From the NCBI RefSeq assembly GCF_004010195.1, contig NC_057737.1, forward strand, positions 30,629,014 to 30,693,013: a stretch of DNA of 64,000 nucleotides. The letters are read 5' to 3'. A program made the translations under genes and the position numbers. The notes beneath the pieces are model-generated. The model saw only the letters and a program-made list of their open reading frames with translations, had not been told where the DNA came from and made no database searches. Shown here in pieces: positions 54,763-64,000 of this stretch. Positions within the stretch are counted from its first letter, which is position 1, and each line of letters opens with the position of its first letter. The DNA is from Chiloscyllium plagiosum (Eukaryota).

Positions 54763-55430
54763 TTTAAAGGTTTGTGTAAAGATTTGCAGCTCGGGGGTTG
54801 GTTGCAGTTGTGTGTATGTTCACCGAGCTGGGAAGTTGGTTTACAGATGCTTCATCCCCTTTCCAGGTGACAACCTCAGTGCTGTGGAGCCTCCTATGAA
54901 GCGCTGCTGTACTATGGCGGTTGGAATTTATTTGGTTTTGTTCCTGTTGCTTCCGGTTGGTAGTTCTGTTTGTTTGTTGCAGTGGATTTATGACAGTATG
55001 TAAACTGACAGCCTCACTCAGGCAACAACTCACCAGAATAAAAGACCCAATAACCATCACGTGTATGACAAATTAACGATTTACACAATTCCATGCAAAG
55101 ACTGCACAAAACACTATATAGGCCAAATAGGCGGACAACTAGCAATCCACATTCATGAACATCAACTTGCCACTCAACGCCATGACCAGCTGTCCCTTGT
55201 ATCTATACACACAGAATAACAAGGACCACAAAATCAACTGGGACAACACAATAGTAGGACAAGCCAAATAGAGGACAGCCAGAGAATTTCTAGAAGAATT
55301 CATGCACGGACCCCACCAATAAACACTTTGGCCTAGATATACTGGATATACTGGCCACTGCAGGTGGTACCGAACAACTGGAAGCAGTGAGAACAAAAGC
55401 AAATAAATTCCAACCAACACAGGACATGAT
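54763..55430 (+). mobile_element. 5'-truncated Penelope-like retroelement: inverted pLTR plus GIY-YIG endonuclease remnant
   Basis: + strand reads LRQQLTRIKDP...IYTIPCKDCTKHYIGQIGGQLAIHIHEH...INWDN...AREFLE; about 54920-54985 is an inverted copy of about 55355-55420. Confidence 0.85.
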
Positions 55431-57269
55431 AAGGTAAGCATTGAGGACAAAGTGGCAGTAATCTAGAGTGGGCAGAAGGAAGAGCTGTGACTTAAAATAG
55501 GCAGACTGTGTGACCTGGTGGCTCAACAGTGACTGGAGCAAGAAAGTGGAGCTGCCCCTGTGCCAGAAAATGTCAACCATGCCAGCTTTGTGCTGTGAGC
55601 AGTGTTTGTTTGAGGCTGCCATAACCATGCTGGTGAGAGGCTATTCCAGAATGCTAATGCTCATTTGGGTGTTCTACCCAAGGTTTAAAGATAACACCAG
55701 AGACCCTGGCCTATTGCAGAATATCTGATGAGTGCCAAGTTCTTCGGCTAGGGCTTGGTAGAATCAGGCTAGTATTGGATGAGAGGTGTGACATAGGGAT
55801 GTGGTAGGTAGTTAATGAGATATGTTTGAGATGATATGGTAAGACTTTCACTAGGACAGAAACGCTCTAGGAAAATTGATAAAATTTACACTTTGCCAAG
55901 ATTTTGTAAGATTTGACCCTTTATGTTTCTCATTCCAGGCAGTATATTAGAATAAAAAACTATGCAACTGCATAATGTCACACCACATTTTATGGCCTAA
56001 TTAGCCTAACATGCAGTTGTAGTGAACCTGAAATCTTTGAAGCACTTTGCTCTTTGTAGGATTGAGCAGAGTAAACATGCATTTGGATAAAAATAAACGT
56101 CAATGTCACCTCATTTCTCACATTTACTGTCACTGAATTCCTTCCCCCCCTTTCTGCCCACCCTAGTCCTCCAAATAAATTTTCCTTTGTTTAACACATG
56201 AGAAATTACGCTTTTATTTTGACAGCAACTAAAATTTCAATAGCCTGTGCCCATCAAACCAGCCATTTCGTCAGAGAGGTAGAGTTTATGGGGACACTTC
56301 AGAGGAAGGAGAGGAGTTCAGGAGGGAAGAGGATTCATAATTCAATGTAAGGTATTGAACGTAGAGATAACAGGTTAGTTTGTGTGGAATTGGATATGTG
56401 CCGAAGATTTGGATATGTTTCTAGAAAGTTCAGAATGGGGGATTAGCCATTTGAATATTTGTGTCTGAAGGTGATAACCATGTGGATGAGAGACGCAGGA
56501 TAAATGGAATGAAATCGATGTAGATTCTTCCCTCTGAAGACTTTTCTGTTTTTCAATTCTGTTGAATCACAACAAATGATTAGTCTTACAGCATCTGTCG
56601 CTGGTTCAAATATTTTTTTGAAATATTGAGAGCCATTCTCTCGCTAAGGTTCAAAATCAGAAAACCTTTTTCCCTAAAATATACTTGTATTCAAAACTAC
56701 AAAACGTTTTAAAATGAACATTACAGAAAATGTAATAAAATATATTTTTTCTCCATTGACCATGTAATCTTTTCTATAGCAAGGGGGTGCAAGCTTTAAT
56801 CTTTGAAGGCTGCTCAATCACATACCATGGAATCTCAAGGTTACAAACTACATTTAACTCAACATTCCTACTATTCACATATGTCTGAAGCTGCTGATAT
56901 TAATAGATCAGCTTTGGATTTCTCCACCAGCAAAATGAGAATGACAAAAACAATTCTTTTCAAATCCCGATAAAACATTAAATTCATACAATACAAAAAT
57001 GAGAAATAAAACAGGAGTGCAACTAGTCATGAATTACTTGGGCTCTGAGAGTTAGATTTTCAAGTCTCAAGCATTAAAAAAGAAGCAATAGTAAATAATT
57101 TACGAACTAGGAAAGGAATTTGTTTAAGCTGTAAATTGAAATGTAAACCATCAGAGCATTAACAGGCTGCTCAGAATCCAATCAAAACATATGCACTTGC
57201 TCATTACTACCTGTCCATGGTGTACCATTGAATACAAATGATTTACAAGTTTCATGTTTTAAGTTCCTT

Positions 57270-57562
57270 TCTAGGACTTGAGCTCAAAAAATTAAGGTTG
57301 ACACTCCAGTCCAACACAGAGAATAGAATATTTTCACTGCCATTATGGCCTGTGAGGTAGCCGTAAAAAGATACCATAGCAGTACTTTGAAGATGAGCAA
57401 GGGAGTTTTCGTGATGGCCTAACCCTCAATCAACATCTCAAAAACAAATAATCTGGTTATTATAGTGCTGTGGGAGCTTGATATGCAGAAATTGACTATC
57501 CCATTTCCTACATCACAAACAATGTACTTCAGTGACTGTAAAGGTTGTGAGACTTACAGTGG
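57270..57562 (+). mobile_element. DeuSINE-like relic
   Basis: ggacttgagc...ggttgacactccagt...gagcaagggagtt...ccctcaatcaacatc...atctggttattat..tgctgtgggagcttg. Confidence 0.6.
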
Positions 57563-57564
57563 TC

Positions 57565-58788
57565 AAAAGAAGTATTTATGCAAATATTTCTTTAATTGAA
57601 ACTCAGATTTCAGAGACTCTCCAGTAGTCTTATTCCAGCAAACTTCATGAAAAACAACTTCTACACATATTGTATCACATTCTGAAAGTCTACAGAAGAA
57701 AGCTAATTCAAAAACCGTTGCAAGATATTGCACCTGTGTTACACTGCACCTGCATTTACATAACCTTTTACTTTTACTGTACATTTTTTCTTATCACTTG
57801 TCTTCACCAAATATCCGACTTGATTAATCGGTGTCAGTAGATGAGCCAGGAAAGTCGATAACAAGCTATCGAAAACTTGAATTAAAGTTGGTGAGCTTTC
57901 TTTTTCTCTGCTACCTTCTGTTAGATGAAAAGGGGGTTGCTGAAAGGTCTTGCATTGATGTAATTGCACAAATATATGCAAAGGTTTGATTCTTTCTTCT
58001 CTGTTATTAATGTCTAGGTAGAGTATTGGTGTTAATTCTTTAAAAGGACAGCATTGCTCCTCCATAAGTAAATGTTCCCCAAATAAAGAAACTTGTTCCA
58101 TTGCAGTATTGACCTGTTTTTCAAAACCATAGCCAAAGGCAGGGAGATACATGTTGGCTTATTGATTGAGGTATTCTTTTTCTACAATAAATACATTGAT
58201 GGTGTAAGGCTGAAGTTTTGTCTTCACTGAAGTGCGAATTTGGAACCACAAATATGACAAGATTATATATTACAAGACACATTAGACTGCTTAGAATTTT
58301 GCATTGATATTGTCACAAAAGATATACTTTTTAGATGAGAAGTCTCTCTCCTATGGTCAAATGCTGTCGTGCTTAAGCAGTCAACAACCTCTTGGAGAAT
58401 TTTCTCCATAAATAGAAGGTTTGTTGTTTATTTTTACGTGGAACAATTTTCTGGACATTATATCCATTGCAATTTTGATTGCCAATTCCAGATTTAGATA
58501 CATTTTTGATTTGAAAGAGCTCGTGACTGATTTAAGATACCAATGACTTTTCTGTTGCAAGTGAGCTTGAGTTGTACTTTTCCATAGTTGTATTATCTGA
58601 TGTTCTTCTCATATAGTTAAGAAATGTGCTAACCTGTTAGGCATTTCGATGTCCAATCTTGGAGCTATTCGAAATCTTGGGTGTAATGGTTTCCTTATTT
58701 GCAAATTTGCTGATCTATCAAGTGGATCTGATAGTCTGAAAGTTTGAGCTAGTAAAGTCTATACTAGTGAAGTCTGTGCATTAGCCAT
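57565..58788 (-). other. Candidate endogenous viral element: decayed N-terminal part of a Mononegavirales L (RdRp) gene
   Basis: One minus-strand frame from ATG 58788, read through about 15 stops (hand count), includes the 137-aa ORF 57739..58152. It gives RLSDPLD, KSHWY, YIFCDNINAKF, SYLWFQI, CPFKELTPIL, KTFQQP...EGSREK, SLLSTFLAH and KFAGIRL, in the same order as recalled paramyxo/bornavirus L motifs. Confidence 0.55.
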
Positions 58789-59589
58789 TGAAATTGTTCG
58801 CTATTTTCTTGACCTGGTTAATCATTGTTAGGTTACTAATCCCTTTGTATTATACTCATTTTATTGCCTTTCATCTTGCACGCATCAGATCTAGGTCACA
58901 AGAAAGGGCTTTAAAAGCTGATACCATTTTATACAGCATAAGAGGGTCCTGCATGGTTGGGCCAACATTGACATGGAGATGCAGCAAGAACAGTTAAGTG
59001 TCAGTCTTAATTCTCAGACCAAGCAGTTAGTTTCTGATTGGTCAGGTTGGTGCCACGGAGATCTAGCAGTTTTTGCCTCTATGCCCTTTTATTTGAAAAA
59101 GGCACAATGGTCAAATTCCTTTTGCCTACATAAAGCAGGGTCTTGAATATATAAAATCATAGAATTTTATAGTACAGAAGGAAGCCATTTGACCCACCGA
59201 TTGGCTGAGCACAAGCAGCAGGCTGCCAGCTGTCAATGGCTGACAGGACAGGAGTCTGATAGTTGTTGGGAAGCATGGACCACATATGAGGTATCACAGC
59301 AGCACAAACTCCTATCACATTACTCATTTGACTTGAAAACACATCTTTTGACTTGACAGCAGAAAAAACACTCATGGATTTACTGCATAGTATCAGCCTA
59401 TGACTGCTAGCTTCACCTTTCCCTTCCAGGATAATCTCAGGGAGACTGTAAAGACAGGGTTACAGGAATAGGGTGGGGAAGGGATGCTCTTTAGAGGGTC
59501 AGTGTAGATTCGATGGATTGAATGTCTTGCATCCACACTGACGCGATTCTATGATTTAATGGCTGGACATTGCTCACAGCCAAAATTGG

Positions 59590-59793
59590 AGAAAGTGAGG
59601 ACTGCAGATGCTGGAGATCAGAGCTGAAAATGTGTTGCTGGAAAAGCGCAGGTCAGGCAGCATCCAAGGAGCAGGAGAATCAACGTTTCGGGCATGAACC
59701 ATTTCTGAAGAAGGGCTCATGCCCGAAACGTCGATTCTCCTGCTCCTTGGATGCTGCCTGACCTACTGCGCATTTCCAGCAACACATTCTCAG
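59590..59793. mobile_element. Penelope-derived palindromic element with intact hammerhead core and 15-bp TSD
   Basis: cacagccaaaattgg at 59575-59589 and 59794-59808; long inverted arms. Confidence 0.85.
59700..59738 (+). ncRNA. Minimal type I hammerhead ribozyme motif (PLE-type)
   Basis: CTGAAGA (59705-59711), A, stem II GGGC-tcat-GCCC, GAAAC-GTC with no full helix III. Confidence 0.65.
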
Positions 59794-60106
59794 CACAGCC
59801 AAAATTGGCAGATGGAGGCTTTCAAGCATTTTTACGACATGCAATTATGTCGCTTTGATCAGGGTAACCATTATAACTTGGGATAGTTCTGAAATGTCCT
59901 GTTTCAGCATTAAGATTGCACAGTGAGCTGATGCCTAGGCCCCAATACACAAGATTGCCAGTAAGACTGATCTCGTACTGCATGGGTCTATAGGGATCAC
60001 ATTGTGTAGATTGACCAATAAACATAGGGTTTTGGTAGTTCAAAGTTCAAAGATGGAGAATTCATTTGATTTTGATGGTAAGTTTGAATGCAGGATGGAG
60101 TTTCTT

Positions 60107-61270
60107 AACAGAAATTGCTGGAGAAATTCAGTCGGTCTGGCAGCATCTATGAACAGAAAGCAGAATCAACTTTTCAAGTCCAGAAATCCTTCTTCAAAAC
60201 GGAAAGGAGCTAGGAAAAGATGATATTTATGCTAATGTCAATATATGGGATAGAAAAGAAGTGAGCAGATAGGTGGAGATGGAGCCCAGAGAGAGAGAAG
60301 GAGAGTGAGACAGACAAAGGGGTATTGATAGTCAGTCAGGGAAGAAGGAAAGCTGATAATAAGGTCAATAAGTAGGTGCAAATGGGTTCATCATGCTCAA
60401 AGCAGCTAATGTCATGAGCAGGGTCTGGGGTTTAGGGTGGATAAAGGACATGAAAGGAATTTTTCAGGCTGTAAAATGATTGAACCTTGATTATCCAGAT
60501 ATCAATTATCCGAATGAGATCTCAAGGTCCCAATAGAAACATTACTTCAAAGACGTGTTTCCAACACTGATCGCGTCTTTTGTTTACTGTAATTAAAAGT
60601 GAACGCAGCTTACTGAAATCCTGCCGAGAACAGTCCTGGACGTCGATGGGAACCCAGGCACCATCTCCAAATGACTGACCACCCACCCTTTCTCTCTCTC
60701 TATCTATTTATCTTCCCCACACATACCTTCCCTGGAGTTCTACACAGGGGTGTACCCTAAACCCCCCTTCCCCAGATAATCTCTCTAACATTGTCCTGTA
60801 CCGGGCAAAGGTGGAACCTGTCAAAATGTTGCAGTAAAAAGTTGTGTGTGTGTACTCACTATTTGAAGTCTTGTTGTTAGTGTCCAGTCCAGCTGCCCCG
60901 GAGAGGGGGCAGGGGTTGGGGGCGGGCGGGGTGTGGTGTTGGACGTGGTTGGGGTGCGGAAGGGGGTTGGTGGTGTTGGTTGGGTTTGGTGGACGGTGTT
61001 GGACGGGAGAGCATGAGGGGGCAGAGAGAGGGGTGGGGGCTCGTACGTGGTGAGCTGTTGCCTGGTCTCCTGAATGTGGAGCAGACTTAACAGAAAACTC
61101 CAAGCCCCAGAGGAGAGGCATTGAATCAATTAACCGAATAATCAATTAGCTGAATGAAATAGTGCCAGCCCATCTCGTTCCGATAATCGAGGTTCCTCTG
61201 TATAGAGTTCTGAAGGCTGCAGGGTCACCAAGCGGAAAATGAAATGCTGTTTTTCCAACTGGCACTGGCA
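60107..61270 (-). mobile_element. Penelope-like element 3' region (60107-60481 and 61203-61270) split by a DNA transposon
   Basis: aacagaaattgctgg pLTR head and purine-rich tract; resumes at gaaggctgcagggtcaccaagcggaaaatga. Confidence 0.65.
60482..61200. mobile_element. Non-autonomous Tc1/mariner (pogo/Tigger-like) DNA transposon
   Basis: Right end gataatcgaggttcctctg followed by TA; left gaaccttgattatc is its inverted partner (outer bases lost); internal aattatccgaat subterminal repeats. Confidence 0.75.
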
Positions 61271-61627
61271 GCGGTGACTTTGGATACACATTGATCCGAG
61301 GCTGTCGGGACAGGTGACATCATTTCACTGACCTTCCATTCAAAATGAGTATGGAATGTATTGAGCTCATCGAGGAGAGATGCATTATTGTAAGTGATTC
61401 TACTCGACTTGGCTTTGCCAACTGTTATATCATGTAAGCCTTGCCACAGTCGATGTGTGTTTGTGTGGTTAGTCTGGGACTCCAGTTTAGTCTAGTTTGT
61501 CTCTTGGCATATCTGATAGCTTTGTGAAGGTGGTATTTAGATTTCTTATGCAGGTCAGGATCACCTGAATTGAATGCCTCAGACCTGGACTTCAGTATGA
61601 TGTGGATCTTCCGGCTCATCCATGGTT

Positions 61628-62413
61628 TCATGAACCAGACCAGACCCCCTCAAAATGTTTTTGGCAGATGTAGAGTGGATATTCTAGGAGTGATGAAGCT
61701 GGTCAAACCACTCAGCTTTAAACAAAACAGAGTTTATTTAAACATTACAGATGAAACACAAAAAAACAGAAGAATTTAGAATAATTTAACTTATTTGATA
61801 AACCAACCGACATGATATCGCAACTTAATGAAGCTGTTCCAGTCTCTGCAACATCCCATAAACATACCCCTTGGCCAAAGGTAAATTCAAACACAGATTC
61901 TTACAGGCAGACGTTTGCAGAGAGAAAGTTCAGGCAAGACCGCTGTTGAAATTTGGAATCTCTTTTCACTGCTTTTTTCCGACCCCAGCAGATTTTTGAT
62001 TGCCTGCTAAAACTAAAGCAAAAAAAAAACTGAACTGGGAGAAACGGCCACTCCTCTGCCATTGTTCAAAGTAACCATTTCCAGACAAATCAGCACCACT
62101 GCCTTTACGACTCCTCTTGAAAGAAACCAAGGACAGCATAACCTTGGGAGAAAGTGGGGACTGCAGATAATGGAGATCAGAGTCAAAAAGTGTGGCACGA
62201 GAAAAGCACAGGTCAGGAAGCATCCGAGGAGCAAGAGAGTAAACGTTTCAGGCATAAGCCTTTCATCAGGAATGTGGGAGACGAAGAGATCCTGATGAAG
62301 AGCTTATGCTCGAAACATCGACTCTCCTACTCCTCCGATGCTGCCTGACCAGCTGTGCTTTTCCAGCACATGTTTTGACAACATAACCTTGCTCAAGGGG
62401 CAGCATCATCACA
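61628..62413. mobile_element. Probable solo LTR nested in the Rex1/Babar LINE
   Basis: Non-coding insert interrupting catggttt|cgggttgggg; ends catcatcACA; left TG end eroded. Confidence 0.55.
62147..62381. mobile_element. Penelope-derived palindromic element with two opposed hammerhead cores and 10-bp TSD
   Basis: cataaccttg at 62137-62146 and 62382-62391; + strand CTGATGA-A-GAGC-ttat-GCTC-GAAAC at 62292-62316; minus strand CTGATGA-A-AGGC-ttat-GCCT-GAAAC at about 62244-62269. Confidence 0.85.
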
Positions 62414-63854
62414 TCGGGTTGGGGGACACTCAAATTAGCTTCTTTGGCACGCAGTCCTCTCAACGACAGTAACAGGATACTCTTTACGGTTGGCTACTGT
62501 GTACTTGAATATAAACCAGTCCACTGACTCCAAGCAGTGACATAAGTGCTTGGCCATTGCCTCAAACCAGCACTGTATGGCTTTCTGTACCAGATCCTCA
62601 CACTCCAGTGTAAGCTGGAAGAAGGAGCACATTGGCTGACTTACCAAAATGTGGGTGGGGCATGGAGCAGTAAGCGTCTTTGACATTTGTGCAGCAATGG
62701 TCAAGGGTGTTTGGGTCTGTTGTGGTACAGGAGACATGTTGATTGTATTTTGGTAGTGCACACACTCTTGAGGTTGCTCTGATTGAAATCTCGGGCTATG
62801 ACAAACAAGCCCATATATATTTTGTCAAGTGCACTCTCCAATTCCACATGGGGTGGGACTTAAACAGCTGTCAGGATAGTGGAGCTGACAGCGTGTGGCA
62901 GGTCGTAGGAATAGCACTTCACTGTTAGATATTCTAGGTTTTGGGGAAACAGTAACTCACCAAGGTTGTCACATCCAAGCACCAAGAGGTATTGTTCAGG
63001 AGATAGGCCCCAGTGCAGTACCCAAATCTTCACTCTCCATTTGGACTGGTGTTGTGCCTCAGACCAGGTTTATCTCAGTAGCAGTTAGTATTTTAACAGG
63101 AAAGCCTTGCTAATTAACCCGTTCGATTACTGTAACAAAGATGCATGTGTTCATCACTTGGACTTCTAGTGTGCATAGAAAGTAAACTGATACAGGGCTC
63201 CCTCTACTGTTCTATACTGATCAATTCATTGAACAGTATAGGCAGCTGCAATGTTCCTGTTCAACATAATCTCAAACTGCAGCATCCTACAATTTGTGAG
63301 ATTACTCTCCCACCTACTTGGTGTTATTACTTCCCAGCTAATGACTTCAGACCTCTACTCAATGATTTCTTCCTCCAAATCCTCTTACTCACAGTCAGAA
63401 ATGTGTAACTGAAGAGAAATGAGAGAGAAGAAACTTGCAGGTGGAGGCATGGGAGATTGAGTCTGTGGCATTGGCAGGTTTGGGGGAGGTGAGTAGTGTT
63501 GGTTGTCAAGAAAGTTAGTTTGGAACTGGAAAGGGAGGGAGAAAAAAGGAGTCAGAATTTTGCTTGGGAGTACAGCTAGGGTTATGGACTCGGGAACAAG
63601 AAAAACTATGCAATAGGGATCCAGAGATTGGTGCTCAGATGGCAGGGGTTTGAAAGGGAAATTACAGATTCGGGTTTATGTGTTGCAGGAAGGAGTCTGT
63701 CCAGGGATTGTGAGGGCATTGGAGCTTGGGCAGGGCTGGGAATGAGCATCTCCCAGATTGCAACAATAGAAATACAGAAGGGTTTACAGGACTGATGAAA
63801 ACCTTTCAGCCCCTTATATCCAGGCTGGGTGTAAATATACAAAATAGGAGAAGA

Positions 63855-64000
63855 GTTGAACATTCAGTCCCTCAAGCCTGCAGCACCATACAACACAATC
63901 CTGGCTGATCTATTTGTGTTTTCTATCTTCCCATAACTGCCTAACAAGAATCCATCTGCATCTGTCTGAAAAACATTCCATGATCCCACCTCCACTGCCT
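63855..64000 (-). mobile_element. CR1 3' tail fragment running off the window
   Basis: cattcagtccctcaagcctgc...ggctgatct...ccacctccactgcct. Confidence 0.6.

Larger units (their letters stand above)
61275..63110 (-). mobile_element. Rex1/Babar-type LINE fragment (61275-61627 and 62414-63110) split by an LTR
   Basis: KPWMSRKIHIILKSRSEAFNSGDPDLHKKSKYHLHKAIRYAKRQ and CLESVDWFIFK peptides. Confidence 0.75.

Noticed and set aside
56540-57270. Continuation of the viral-like L frame beyond the SINE
   Set aside because: I could not find the expected downstream motifs (DKA, KEKE, GDN) on the minus strand.
60708-61145. Proline-rich 145-aa ORF
   Set aside because: Derives from the G-rich low-complexity interior of the Tigger-like MITE.

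Overview
Eukaryotic, repeat-rich DNA, almost certainly from a cartilaginous fish (shark), judged by HE1/V-SINEs, CR1 LINEs, Penelope-derived hairpins and DeuSINE-like relics. The only host coding sequence I can support is one 118-bp exon (2383-2500, +) of a polypeptide N-acetylgalactosaminyltransferase, most like GALNT17/WBSCR17. The remaining ~61.5 kb appears to be a single intron filled with nested transposon fossils. Two things stand out. (1) A ~1.2-kb AT-rich segment (57565-58788, minus strand) whose one reading frame, read through its stops, carries colinear motifs resembling the N-terminal ~400 aa of a Mononegavirales (paramyxo/borna-like) L polymerase: a candidate endogenous viral element. 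(2) Many short Penelope-derived elements, most flanked by 10-16 bp target-site duplications (TSDs), carrying minimal hammerhead-ribozyme cores (CTGAnGA-stem-GAAA), some as back-to-back inverted pairs. Family names and protein comparisons come from recalled sequences, not database searches; boundaries of old repeats are approximate.
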